From the NCBI GenBank assembly GCA_051313645.2, contig JBNRSN020000005.1, positions 282,286,001 to 282,350,000 of the forward strand: a stretch of DNA of 64,000 bases, given 5' to 3'. Made by a program: the position numbers and the translations under genes. The notes beneath the pieces were generated by a model that had not been told where the DNA came from, searched no databases, and saw only the letters and a program-made list of their open reading frames with translations. The stretch comes from Centroscyllium fabricii (taxonomy: Eukaryota). How positions within the stretch are numbered: the first letter of the stretch is position 1; every line of letters starts with the position of its first letter. Of the stretch, positions 1 to 12,827 are shown one piece after another.

Positions 1-918
1 AACACCTTGTGACATTTTGCTGTGTTAAAGGTGCTATATAACTGTAACTTATTGTTGTTATAACTTGCAGCGCAAATATCTATGTGGGTAAGCATGAGAT
101 GCAGTGAAACAGCTGTAAGATTGTATGAGGGCCTGGCATGGGAACGCACTACATGTGTGCCAAGTAGAAAGGCGACTTGTACTTGTACTGTTAATCTTGT
201 ACATGGTACTACTAGGTAAGCTTACCTTGCCAGGTTCCTTATAGTATGCCACCTCCTACATCAGTTGCTGGGTCCTGCAGATACTGTAGACAACATTCAG
301 CCTGCCTCCCACCTTCTGCCAAGTGTAGTGTATTGCTGCCTTGCAGGGAGGATGCACTTAACTCATGCAGTAGCACGGCCACTTCCCCAGCCATCAAACA
401 GGCAATCAGGATCCATACCAGACCACCACCTACCTACCCACAGACATCATTTTATGCCTTGATATTGGGTTGCTTTTGGCATCTCTCTTTTATTGACCCT
501 CCTCGCACTTTTTTTCCCCCTGCCCCCACCACCCCCATGCAGCCTTTGAATAGACTGATGCATATAAAAAGAAAAGACTTTTTTTATTCAAAATTTCCTT
601 CATGAAGCTATTTTATCTTTAAATCGCTACGTCCTTTTAATTTTGGCTGCTGGGTTGTGCCCTGATATGCTGCTTGCTCCATCATGTGCCCCCATTTAAA
701 TTAGCTGACCTTGCATTATACTTTGAGACCAGCTATTTGCCCTGCAGGCACAAATGGCGCTCAGAGTACAGCGATCCTGGCGCTGTGCAGCCAGGATTCT
801 ATAATTGAACTCTATACTTAAAAAACAATAGTGTTGTGTCACACACCTGTCACCCATTTGCCACTGCTCTTACAGGAACGTGAATGGATCAGCTTCTTTT
901 CTGCAGCAGGGCCACTAG

Positions 919-1420
919 GTGTCAGCTTGGTTCAGTGATAGCACTCTTACCTCTGAATCAGAAGGTTGTGTGCTCAAGCTCCATCCCAGGGCTTGAGCAG
1001 TAATCTAGACTGGTGCCTGACTGCAGCTCCGAGGGTGAGGCGTCCCGTTCGAGGTGCCATATTTCTGCTGAGAGTTTAGACTGAGGATGGTGCAGCCAAT
1101 CCAGCCATGGTCGTTGTTGAACACCCTGACATGCCTTCTTTCATGTCGTACCACGGAAAGCACTAGATGTAAAAGAACCCTTGCACTTTTTCGAAGAAGA
1201 GCGGGGAGTTCACTTGGCGATATCCTGGCCAACATTCATCCCTCAACCAGCATCACCAAAACACATCAACTGGTCATGGTTACTTTGCTGTGTGCAGAAA
1301 TGGCTGCCACACTTGCCTTCAAAACAAGAGTGACTACACTTTAAAATGTAATCCATTGGCTGTGAAGTGCTTTGGTGTGTCTTGAAGATGTGAAAAGCAT
1401 TGTATAAATGGAAGTTCTTT
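919..1420 (+). mobile_element. tRNA-derived DeuSINE-like SINE (SacSINE1/AmnSINE1-related), degraded
   Basis: tRNA-like head (ggttcagtgatagcactc...gctcaagctcc), Deu-domain-like core (gatgtaaaagaaccc...gaagaagagcggggagttc...tcctggccaacattcatccctcaacc) and L2-like tail (tgtgaagtgctttgg...gtataaatggaag). A second copy lies at 5874-6329 on the - strand. Family name is from recall. Confidence 0.7.
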
Positions 1421-1949
1421 GCTCCTATGTTGCTCTGATTTATAGATTTTGTATCCATTATCCCTCATAAACTGCCTTACAAGGAATATGGTAGACCAGA
1501 GAAAGGGGTGAAAACCTGTTATTTGCACCCTTCTAGTGGCATCTAAAACAGGAAAAGGAAGCTCCTGGGTGTTTTATTAAAAAATAAAAATAAGGGCTGG
1601 TTGCACTTTGCCCTGCATGCTATATTCCAATGTTTGGATTTGCAGGATGCCAGGTACAATCATACCCACATATCATAGCAGTCGGGTTGCTGGGGGCCAG
1701 CCGTAGATGGAACTTCATTTATAGGGCTTAGTACAAAGAATCAGCCAGCTGTTCTAAGGATCTATTTTTCTGTTGCCGCTTAGGCTTTCCCAAGCTCCTG
1801 TGCCAATTGATCTCTTGGTTTTTTTTTCCCCTCTACAGCTCCATTTCCCACTGAGAAAACCTATGGTTTTTGGAGATGGAAGACCATTAGAGGGTAACCA
1901 GGCAGGTCCAGCTGTACCAGATTCTGTGGTCACCTCCATAGCACCATCT

Positions 1950-2330
1950 TCAGAGAGAGGTGACATACTCTGTTTTGGCAAAGGATTAGTGCAGGCAGAG
2001 GTTCCAGCTCTCAAGGTGGGTTGTGGCAGCAGGCCAGGTGGCACAAATATCATATGTGAAGGCCCGACTAGCCATAATGTTGGATGATTTGTCGGAAGCA
2101 CCACAATCATGCTTTCAGAAGACCTGCCCGGGTGATCAGCCACCAGCATAGTCTGATTGGCTGCACCCAGCAAAATGCCACCAACCATATCTGCAGACAT
2201 TGTTGCACCTACCTGACAGTCCACCATGGGAAACTCTCCACATTATCCTCAAGTAAGTTTTGGTTAGTAGACAGTCAGATACAGAGCATTGCTATCTGCT
2301 GTGACAACACCTGCAGCTAACACAGCCAGT
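1950..2330 (-). pseudogene. Possible highly degraded LINE ORF1 (CR1-type esterase-like) fragment
   Basis: The minus-strand translation MVDCQVGATMSADMVGGILLGAANQTMLVADH loosely resembles the CR1 ORF1 pattern VCCLPGA...IL.G...Q..VVVH. Weak similarity only. Confidence 0.25.
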
Positions 2331-2338
2331 AACAGTAA

Positions 2339-3183
2339 GGGCAGGATTTTCATCGGGCTGTGGAGGTGGGATTGGAGGCGTGTGGGGGGTTAAAATCCCA
2401 ATATCGGGGGGGCACGAATAAATCCCACCCCCAACTCGCCTCCATGCCAGTTTCAAAGGAGGCGGGTACCCGACCCGCACTGGGACCCACCTCCCCGAGG
2501 TGGGAGGCGGATTAATGTCAATTAACTGCCTGTTAACAGGTAGTCAACAGGCAGTTTTTAGCCTAACTCCAATTTTTATTGCTGAAATGTGGGATTCCTG
2601 ATGGCTCCAAACCACGGCAAGTTAGCGAGGCGGGCCGTCGGGATGAAGGGCTTGGAGGGGTCGAGATGTCCGGTGTTCAGGTGAGTGATGGGTGCATGAG
2701 TGCAGAGGTAAGTGTGTTTGGTGTGTGTAAAGTGTTTAAATAAGTTTTACTTACCTTTACTTACTAATGCAGGCTTCCTTCCTTCAGGTCTCGGGAGTCC
2801 CTCATCTCACCGGCACAGAAAGCAGAATGGCCGCCAGCTGTCAAAAGTTGCAGCATTCAGCTTTCTGTTCCGGGGAGATCTCTAAATCAACCAGAGAGGA
2901 AGGAATTAACCTGGAGTACAGATTGTCAGTGTTTGACAGCTTCAAACAGCTGTGAAACGCTGATATTTCATCTGTCAAAAGGTCTTGACAGATGAAATAT
3001 CAATCTGTGACGTCACCTGTTGCCGAGTGGACCTTAATTGGCCTGCTGAGACCCCTGGGCGGGCTTAATGTGGTCAATCAAGTCAAAATCGCGTGGGTTG
3101 GCTAGAACTCGTTGGAGGGGGAACTACAACCCCGAAAGTTGTAGTCCCGCCTCCTACCCGTCTCCTCAATGAAAACCCAGCCC
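2339..3183. mobile_element. Non-autonomous DNA transposon (MITE-like), PIF/Harbinger-type ends
   Basis: TIR GGGCAGGATTTTCAT / ATGAAAACCCAGCCC (13/15 match), flanked by TAA on both sides (2336-2338, 3184-3186). The right ~160 bp recur at about 8410-8572. Confidence 0.8.
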
Positions 3184-3190
3184 TAACTAT

Positions 3191-3436
3191 TGTGGTAAAC
3201 CACTGTATTGTATTATAGTTCACTCTACTGTATGTATGTAACCTGCCTGGGCATGCCCCTGCTGACTCCACCTGTGGCTCCTCCCTCGGACCCAGGTATA
3301 AAGGTGACTGTCTCCCAACCCCCTTCAGTCTTGGACCAGTTGAATCAGCAGAGGTGTGCTCCTGTTCTTTAGCTGATAAAAGCCTATCTTTTACTTGCAT
3401 AACTTCTAGTCTTTTGAGGTTATTGATAGTGCATCA
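3191..3436 (+). mobile_element. Solo LTR (246 bp)
   Basis: Starts TG and ends CA, with a 5-bp TSD ACTAT at 3186-3190 and 3437-3441. Internal TATAAA at 3297-3302 and a downstream GATAAAA polyA-like signal. Confidence 0.75.
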
Positions 3437-4578
3437 ACTATCAGCTGCAGTCCTCCACCTCCTTCCAATTCTGACCTGTAGTGATGACACCGTGCTTTGG
3501 TGAATATGATCGCCTTCCATATAACCAACTCATGCAGCACCACCTTCACTTTAGCAGCCATCAACCAGGGGCCAGGTGCTGGGCTGCTCTTTCAGTTGCC
3601 AGCAGACTCATGCCTGCACATTAGATTTCTTTTCCATTTTTGCCTGTCACTTCTTAGCCCTCGGCCCCTTTTCAACTGTGGTAAAGTCTCTCGATGGATT
3701 GAGATAAATTGTGGGCCTTTCAAATTGTTGTTCTTCCCATTGTGGTGCTTCTGTTCAACTGTCCCAATCACTTTGAATTTCATCTACATGTAATTTTCTT
3801 CACCCATCATTAGTGTGCCCCCTGCACATGTCCAAATTCATACCTGGAGCTCTTAATAATTATGCAAATAGGATGGCCCACGATAATTGAGTGATATTAG
3901 CACAGCACTATTCTGGTGAGATTTTCACCAGTTCTTAACCATTTAAAACTGACTTACACCAGTACACCAAAAGCATCCATAGTTCACCCTCCTTGTTCTA
4001 GTCATCCACGTTTACACAAAATGGCATTGTTAAAACCTCATCATTTACTCCTTAAGTAAGTACATCTTTCACACTAGTTAATTCCTGCTTTACCTTTTAT
4101 ATTTTACTCTTTAATACTACCTTAGATGAAAATTCAAAAAGCTGAATAACTCACACTGTATAAAGAGTACACTCAGTTTCCAAGAGTGATCTATGATACA
4201 ATCACAACACAATGTTTACAAATATTGTAAAGCACCAATGGGAGTTATGTGTCCTCCATATACAGAGCATAACACGTTGCAGGGAATGAGTAAATTCATC
4301 CAGTCGTGCAGTTTATGTTATAAAGCACATGAGAAAAGTGAAATACTGGTTTGAAATCACTCCCACATATCTTTTTTCTGGAAATAAAATGTATCGTGGA
4401 ACTCATGAGGGTACTTTCATTATTTTGTCAATGCACGTTTAATAGCACATGTGGACAGTCATTGTTCTGCACTGTGCATATCACATGATGATGCCCAACA
4501 CTTGGAAATTGTGATGGCATCACTTGAAATTTATCAAGCCATAATCCACAGTTGGAAAATGAACAGTTAATATACATT

Positions 4579-5414
4579 GGGCCAGAATTTCCGGTGCCTC
4601 AAAGCAGATGCCCACGGAGATGCCCACGAAAAATGCCCACGGATCCGAGATGCCCACGGATCTGAGATTTCCGATGCTGAGGGAGAAGGGCCCTCAGCAT
4701 CAAACGCATGAGTGAGTTGCACCCAGAATTTGGGCTCCAAAAGGGTGCTTTTTTTTCTGTGATTCTGTGGGCAACGGAGCCCTGAGATGCACATGAAAAA
4801 AGCTGCAGTAACTCGTGCGTGAGGGAGAGAGAAACGTTCTTAAACAAGGTAAGTTACTTTTTTACCTTTAATTTTAAGTTTTAACAGTTTTGGGGAGTAA
4901 TGTGGCCAGATCGGTAGCGTTAAATTTTTAAGTTAAAGTTTTTTTTTAATTTTACAAATCTGATTTTAAGTTAATTTACCTGTTTCAAATCGCTAATTTT
5001 TAAAGTTAAATTTCTGAAATTTTTAACTATCCAGCTATTAAAAAATCTAAGAGAAAAAATGGCAGAGACTTACCTAGCGTTTCTTCCTCTGAGAAGCTGC
5101 TGTGCCCGCGCTGCTCCCCGCCGAGTCTGTGAGTGCAGCTCCGCACGTCCCTGCTCTCACAAAGGTCTGACTCGGGATCTGTGCGCATTTTAAAATTTAA
5201 ATTAGGGATCTGGGGGCGTTTTTTATTTAAATTTGGGATCTGTGGGCGGGGCATACACTGCGCACCTTGCATGGCTGGACTGCCACGTTGCGCACGAAGG
5301 GGGCGGAGCCGATCGGAAATCCAGAGCGTAAAAAAAGTCCGATGTTGGTGGGCTTCTTAAGTGCTCCGCATGGTCCTAGTTGCCCACCAACCGGCAAAAC
5401 CGAATTTCTGGCCC
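4579..5414. mobile_element. Non-autonomous DNA transposon (MITE-like), GGGCCAGAA TIR family
   Basis: GGGCCAGAATTT ... AATTTCTGGCCC with 3-bp TSD ATT (4576-4578, 5415-5417). Subterminal GATGCCCACGGA repeats and an AT-rich core. Confidence 0.8.
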
Positions 5415-5873
5415 ATTATAGTTAAGAAAATCTGAGAATAAAACATACTGTATTAAAAGAGTTGTAAGGATTTAATTAAGGAAACATCTTAAATATGCTT
5501 CAAACCCATACAATAATATTACAACCCACTGAAATTACTCAGAAAAACAAATATATGCAATTGTACTGGAATCTCAGATGGTGTGGTTGTATCAGAATGT
5601 TGGAATGGAACTAGCCCTCATTCTAATCATCAGCCAGGTGTTTCATGTGAACACTCAAGTATTCAGCTCTGCTGGCGAAGTCCGTGGATGAGTAATACAA
5701 CAACGGTTCACTCCAACATAGTATAAACAGAATAGAGTAGAGTTGGTGAAATGTGGCTTTTTCAAAATTAAGGAACTGGACCTGCATACCAATGTTGTGG
5801 AAACATCACTCAGATGTGCTGCCATTCAGTTCTATTGTTGAAAAAAATGTCATATCACAGCAGAAAGAAGATG

Positions 5874-6329
5874 AAAGACTTGCATTTATCTAGCCTCTTT
5901 CACAACCTCAGGGCACCTCAAAGTGCTTTACTGTCAATTAAGTACTTTTGAAGTGTAGTCAACTTGCATTTATATAGCGCCTTTAACAAAGTGAAAGCAA
6001 CAGCCAATTTGCACACAGCAACATTCCCACAAACAGCAATGTGATAATGACAAGATCACCTGTTTTAGTGATGTTGGTTGAGGGATAAATATTGGCCAGG
6101 ACACCGGGGAGAACTCCCCCGCTCTTCTTCGAAATACTGCTTTGGGATCTTTTACGTCCACCTGAGAGTGCAGTCGGGGCCTTGGTTTGACGTCTCATCT
6201 GAAAAATGGCACCTCCGACTGGTCAGCACTCTCTGCCTACAGCCTCAATTTTGTGGTCAAGTCTGTAGAGTGGAACATGAACTGATAACCTTCTGACTCA
6301 GAGATGAGAGTGCTATCACTGAGCCACAG
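5874..6329 (-). mobile_element. DeuSINE-like SINE
   Basis: Reverse complement of the 919-1420 family (gttgagggataaatattggccaggacaccggggagaactccc...cttcttcgaaata...gggatcttttacgtcc). Confidence 0.7.
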
Positions 6330-6859
6330 TTGGTGCATGGTAAAAAACAGTGTCATATAATGGCAAATTCGTTAAGTATTATTTCTTCTCAATTATCTCT
6401 AAGTCAGGATGTCCAAACTGTGATCTGTGGCCCACAGGCAACTGCTGAGCTCTGGGATTCTGACTCTCGAAGCTCAGGCAACGCAATCCTATTTGCCTTA
6501 TATCTGTCTTGAGCACAGTTACTAATAGTCATAAATCCATGGCAAAAATCCTTGGTCTCACTCAGAAAGGCTATAAGGACTATTCACCGGGGAAATAAAA
6601 ATATCAGATTCCTGCGATATAGGTACAATTCTGATTGTGGTTAAGGCTCATTGTTTGAACAGCGTACAAAGAGTTTTACCTCTTGAATCTAACCTTTAAT
6701 ATGCCTGCTCTGAGAGTGCCTGATAATAATACTGGAGGCTAAAATTGAAATCCTAACCCTCCTTGCAAAAAATCCATTTACCTTTCTACCTTGAGTGTCT
6801 ATTCTTATGAAATCAGAATCATTTAATATCAGTTATTATATTATTACTCCCTCACCCCC

Positions 6860-7470
6860 CCAAGTTTTCTCTCCATTTTTTCCTTTGTTTCCTGAATGTA
6901 TTAACTCATTGCTGGGAAACTGTTCAACATGCACCGCTAGCACTCCAGTACATTGTTCAAGTTGCCTTCCTTCATGGGGCGGCACGGTGGCACAGTGGTT
7001 AGCATTGTTGTCTCACAGCACTGGAGACCCGGGTTCAAATCCAGCCTCAGGTACTATCTGTGTGGAGTTTGCACATTCTCCCCGTGTCTGCGTGGGTTTT
7101 CTCCGGGTGCTCCGGTTTCCTCCCACAGTCCAAAGATGTGCGGGTTAGGTTGATTGGCCAGGATAAATTGACCCTTAGTGTTAGGGGGATTGAATATGTG
7201 GGGTTACAGGGATAGGGTGGGATATGTGTTGATGCAGGTTCGATAGGGATCGAGGGATGTGGGGAGGGGGCAGGGGCGGGGTACTGGGTTTGGATGATCA
7301 GCCATGATCTCATTGAATGGCGGAGCAGGCTCGAAGGGCCGAATGGCCTATTCCTGCTCCTAGTTTCTATGTTTCTATGTCAGAGCATAGATAGCGCTAG
7401 CACCAGCTGGCTACTTGGTCATGTGAGCATTGAAGCCAAGTCCAATCTGGTTCTCACCTGATGTGCACTT
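6860..7470 (-). mobile_element. Old AmnSINE2-like SINE fragment, interrupted by the V-SINE at 6977-7380
   Basis: The flanks of the V-SINE join into the reverse complement of the family seen at 58140-58465 (ttctcacctgatgtgcac; cctgaatgtattaactcattgctggg). Family name is from recall. Confidence 0.5.
6977..7380 (+). mobile_element. HE1-like V-SINE, long-tail subfamily A
   Basis: tRNA head with A/B boxes (TGGCACAGTGG, GGTTCAAATCC), V-domain (tgtggagtttgcacattctccccgtgtctgcgtgggtt...cctcccacagtccaaaga) and a CR1-derived tail ending in (tttctatg)n. Confidence 0.9.
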
Positions 7471-7583
7471 GTGCATTTTACAGAAGTGTTTTTCATTATT
7501 TTATATTTGTACGCTATTAAAATGGCTGTCTGTTGGCCATTAACTAACGTCTATATTGTGCCAGTTAATAAAGAGGTAGATGT

Positions 7584-9216
7584 TGGCCCAGAGCTAGTGG
7601 AATGCATTGGCCGGCTGTCCAGTAGTCCTGCTGGTCGACCCAGTCCATTTCCAGGACTGGGCCTGCTTTGCATCAGGCCGGCGGGCCATGGTCAGAAACC
7701 AAGTGGCCCAAGGCAGCTTGCTCATTCTGGGCCACCTGATATTGCAGTGGCCCGGCCAGCCTCCAAGCCGGAGGAAGGTAGGTTTCTGGGTGGGGCCTCA
7801 ATCTGCAAGGACTGGGGGTGGGGAGCCATAACAGCAGCGGCCCAGACTGGCTTTGAGGAGTCTGGTGGAGCCTCCTGCAACTTTATGACCCCACAAAAAA
7901 TGAAGTGAAACTCGCCTTTAGGATCCCCTTTGGCCAGATTGCACGGTACACGCTCCATCCACAAAATGGCAATCGGGGTACTATGTACATCATAGGACCA
8001 GAAATTCGGGTTCGAGGCTTTCCACAGGTGCAAGCCTCCAACCTGAACTTACCTTGCACACCGGCCGTTGAGCTGTGGGCCTGCATGGAATTCCGATGCG
8101 GGGCCTGCTTCAACTGCCGGTGCTGTGCTCGCGTATCCAAGGGGCGAAGATAGTGTGATGGATCCTGTGGGCAATGGAGAGCTAATCGGAGCAGAAAATG
8201 CTCCATTCATAAATTTGACAGGAGAGCTGTCAAAACTATGAAAAGTACAAGCCCCAAAACATCACTGAAACTTCAAATATTTTTTTTTTAATCACATTTT
8301 TAAAATAACTATAAATTACATTAAATAACTATTTTAAACAATAATTTAAATTTTTGAGAAAATTAATTATTTTTCCTAACGGGGCTAAAAATCAACTTAC
8401 CTTTCTGTTGCTGGGTGGCCCTTAATTGGCCTGCTGAGCCCGCTGGGCGGGCTCAACAAGGTCAATCAAGTTAAAATCGTGTGGGTTGGCTAGGACTCTA
8501 TGGAGGCGGGACTACAACCCCGAAAGTTGTAGTCCCTCCTCCTACCTGCCTCCTCAATGAAAGTCCAGTCCCTGTGTCATCTGCAGCATCAGGTGATTGC
8601 AGAGAAGGCTGGTATTTTTGTTGGTGTGCCTGGTGATGTTGGTGCTGGGCTGATCGTGAAGGGATTCAGAGGACTAAGGTGAGATCTTTTCAAGGACACC
8701 GATGTTGCTGGAATAGATGACAGCTGAAGTTGAGATGACAGAAGCGATCTGTCAATGATGAGAGAGCTTGCTCCAAGGTGTTGACAGTGGATAGAGAGTT
8801 TACTACAAACACTTCCAAACTGCATACAGCTCAAAAGTGTCTTTCAAGTCCTGAAGGCTCAAGCTTCTAACATTGCAAAGTGACCAGCTGTGAAATGGTA
8901 GCTTTCATACCACTTTTGCAGCTGTCACCTATTCACAGCAATGGGGAGACATAGAGAACCTGACGTGATCTCTGAATGACATGAACCCCGTTAAAAAAGT
9001 AGGAAAATAGTAATAGGCTGGCAAAATAATAGTAACTATCTTAAATGCCTCCCCACTGCTTGGTGTCGGGTCTGTTCTGAAATCGCAGACCCGACACTTT
9101 GGAAACTTAGATGGAGGCGGGTTCAGAGCGGGTTCCCAACCCGCTGTCAATCATTTTGATTTTGACAGCGGACCCGCCTCCAAACGCACATTCTGAGCAC
9201 CGGCAAAATTCAGCCC
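7584..9216. mobile_element. Cluster of nested or rearranged non-autonomous DNA transposon fragments
   Basis: TIR-like GGACCAGAAATT at 7995, an AT-rich core at 8230-8400, a copy of the right end of element 2339-3183 at about 8410-8572, and another TIR-like end AAAATTCAGCCC at 9205-9216. Boundaries are uncertain. Confidence 0.55.
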
Positions 9217-9639
9217 AGTGGGTCTCAGCCATTGATGCAAGATTCTTTTGCAAATAAAAGGGAGAGAATCTGGAGGATGAGTCAACTCATGCTATTCTTG
9301 TGAACCTCCTATCAGTCAAGTACAGAGGTTCATTGTTAGATTTGGAACAGATTGTCTATAATCTTCTCAAGCAGTTAACAGTGCATGACATATTGTGCAG
9401 TAGACCTAATAAGTAGACAAAATAAAAAGAATTACAAATTGGAAAAATGATTTCTTTTATTTTGAAAAAGTAAACTGAACAGATAAAATAATCTAGTGTT
9501 CAAATCGAGATACAAATACGGTATACAAAGGGTTAACAGAATAGCCTCTTACGACACATAATCAATGTTTGACCTCAGGTTAGTTAAGGGGCAATGCAAT
9601 GTAGGGGGTGGGGAGGGAATTGGTATGGTCCAGTATCTA

Positions 9640-10950
9640 ATAATATACTAGCAGTCGCTGTAGCAAATCTTGTAAAACTGTCTAATCTGATCTTGCCATG
9701 TGGTAATTTTCCAGATAAATGGACAGTCGGTTACACAGTTCCAGTGTTCAAGGTCAATGATCCATATAATACAGACAATTACTGAGGTTTTTCATCGCCA
9801 GCTCTTTGGGGAAACTTTTTCATCAAGTACTGAGCAACAGAAAAAACTTCCTTTACAAAGGCAACTATAAATTAAAGGAAATCAAAGCGGCTACTAACAT
9901 ATTGTTAACAAGCGCTAAATAAACAAAACACAAAAGAAAAATAATTATACCAAGTATACATATGTATGAATAAACATTTTTATGTTTCAATTTCCTCAAA
10001 ACATTTCAACAATATTGAACAACAGCTTGTTTTATTAATTACTAGGGCTTGGAATCAATAGCAAGTTCTATAATGCAATTAAAAACATAACAAAAGTCAC
10101 CCTACGGTGAGATTTTAAAACGAGTCACTGTAACATGTCCTGAAGATTGATGCCTTACAATGCACAAAGTCACACATTATTTAAATGTGCTATCAATTAC
10201 TGATAGACTTTATAAACTAATAAAACCACAAGTGTTAGGAACTTTTAATTGAAATTGCTTCCTGTATACAAGTAAATGAGTCCACATTACCCACAATAAA
10301 GCATGGATATGTTCTTTGGAATGTCAGCATTGGTCTAATTTAATGAATAATGTCTACTGACTTAGTATGTAATTATCACTGTTTGCCATGACTGTTTTGT
10401 TTTCAGAAACTACCTAACAGCAAGTACTATGCAAAAATAATTTCATCAAATTAAAAGTTACATTTTTCACTCTAGGTATGCCATGAAGGCACTAATTATA
10501 CTGGAGAATTGTTAAGATGTATATGTAATGCTGCACCACTGGCTGTCATACTTATCCCCTTAGTATTGTAAACTTGTAGGAAATAAAATTGGCCACAGAT
10601 TCTATGCAGTGACAGGTTGGGAAAGAATATAATTGGCAGTAAACATCCAGACTTTTTATGATTAAAATCAATATATAAAAGCTTCCAAATATATATTTTT
10701 AAATCAGGCTTAAACTCCAAATGCATAGGTTAAAATAGATACATGTAATCATACAATTGTAAATAATGTATACAAATTTGCATATAGTTTTCAGTAATTT
10801 AACCTGAATTTCATTGTGATGATAATCTAATTTGAAAAGTATGAGGACTAAGTGTTTCTGTTTCCTTCCCATGGCTGTCAATTAAAGCAGAAGCAACATC
10901 ATGCTTGTGCTAGACTTAGAAAACACAGCTGACAAAACCCAATTGTATTA
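9640..10950 (+). pseudogene. Ancient degraded non-LTR retrotransposon RT region
   Basis: LSNLILPCGNFPDKWTVGYTVPVFKVNDPYNTDNY matches the LINE RT N-terminal motif (LFN.....G.FP..W.....PIFK.GD.....NYR). Downstream frames are broken. Confidence 0.6.
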
Positions 10951-11739
10951 GCATTTTCATTTGTGTTAATTTTTTTCAAGTGATTTTGCTATATTTTTAC
11001 ATAAAAATCTATTTTATCTATGAATTTCTAAATGTTTAAAATTGCTATTTTTGAGGCCTAAAAGGAGTCACGATTAAATGGTTGTTGCTCTGTGTGTATT
11101 GTTGAGTTTGCTACAATTTTAAAAAAAAATCTAAATAAAAGATTCACTGGAAAACATACCTTAGTGCAGGCAATGCAAATGCAGTATTTTGTCATTAAGG
11201 TTGGTGTGATTTCTAGCACCGTTCAAATAAAGAATCAATTCTGAAATCTATGTAAAGCAATGCAGTCGCATTGGTTCGAGCAGCAGCTGCTGTCATCAAC
11301 TTCAAGTAACGGCAGCAACATGTATATGGCGATGTCAGTAAGCAACTCCAGATATGTTGATTGCAGGGATGGAGCCCAGAGATGGCAAAGATAATGAATG
11401 ACAGAGTCAGAAGATGTACAAGGATAGAGTTGGGAGATTGTATAGAGAGAGCTTTTCGATGGCGAAAATGGGGAGAGATAAACGCAAACAAAAGCAGATA
11501 AATTGTGATGATTATAAAGGAAACAGTGAAATACAGAAGTGAAATATCCAGGGAATGAAAAGACAGATAAATATGAGAGAGTCAGGTAACTAGAAGTGGG
11601 GAAAGAAAGAAAATAGATGCAATTAACAAAGAAAAAAAGTTACAAATAGATTTTTTAAAATAAGGTAATGTTAGGAGGTGGAAATATACAGGCAAAAACT
11701 AAAAAGAGAAAGAAAGCAAAGTCCAGTAACCTACTGCAA

Positions 11740-12650
11740 CATACAGATCAGAAAGGTCCCACTCCTGATCTGTGGTCCATAGTGAATTGGCTAATCTCAG
11801 TCAGGGCAATGCCCAGGGCAATATAATTGGCCTTCATGCTCCTATCTAGGTAGGGGGAAATTGACCCAGCATCCTACTTCTAAATGTTACACAGTGACCC
11901 CTGCTGGAATGTACACAGATGAGGTCATGTCCAGCTACGATGCCCTCCATACTTGAATAGATTGTTGATGCTCAATGGAGCCGAATATCCACAGGGGAAT
12001 CATTCTGGGATATATCCACTGCTGACCCTGATTGGCTTTGTAGGGTCACGGGGAGGTTTCCTAGTGTGCACTCGTGGCCGCCCATGCCACTAGGGGCATA
12101 GCTTGGGTGCCTACTTAGATCCAGAGGTCATGTGCTGTGGTATACTGTGCCGGGTTGAGGGGGGGTGGGGGTGTTGAGACCTTCCCTCTAGAAAGGATAA
12201 AATAGTATCCCCTTGGCCACATTATAAGGGGGCTAGCTTTTTGTTAAATGTGCATACTTTAAATCTTTGGGGTCCAAGTCATGATCCCTGCCCTGGCCCA
12301 TGGCTGGGACCTATAGCTGTCATTCAGTGGCCTGCTACACCTGGTCTCCCCATGCCACAAATGATGCACTGAGATGCCAGGGATGTGGGAACTCCTGGTG
12401 TTGCAAGCCTCCAACCCTTAAGGGCCCCTACAGAATCCCTGATGTAAGACCAGAACCCAGCGTATCCAGATTCCGGTCTAATTTGCGGCCCATGTGGCCA
12501 CGCTGAAGTTACAGCAGAAGTGAGCCAAAAAGGGCAGTGAATTATCAGCCCCACATTCTAAGCTCACACAAGAAAGGCCTCATAAATCAGGTAATGGTCT
12601 GCCTGCACGAATCAGAGCCTGTGAGATGGGAGGGGAGAAAATTGGTTAAA
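11740..12650 (+). mobile_element. AmnSINE2-like SINE split by a ~580 bp insertion (about 11977-12552, probable degraded MITE)
   Basis: 11750-11975 (gctaatctcagtcagggc...aattggccttc...cagtgacccctgctggaa...gatgccctcc) continues at 12553 (ctaagctcacac...ggaggggagaaaatt), colinear with the copy at 58140-58465. Confidence 0.55.
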
Positions 12651-12827
12651 AAAAAGCAAAAAGACTAGAGATCCAAAAAGGGGAAATGGTAAGAAAAAAA
12701 TGTTTTGCCTTAAAAGGCTTTTCCTGTCATTACTGAGAGCAAGAAATAGATATGGAATAGGATCCACGGAGGCAGGGCTCACCGCAGACTGGTGCTACTT
12801 CAGCCTGTTAATAAACATATTACACAT

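Noticed and set aside
4607-4672. Short direct repeats as a CRISPR array
   Set aside because: The units are 12 bp with no unique spacers, there are no cas genes, and they lie inside a vertebrate transposon.
6977-7050. tRNA genes at the heads of 6977, 12828, 16685 and 41432
   Set aside because: The A/B boxes run directly into the V-SINE core and LINE tail, so these are SINE heads and not tRNAs.
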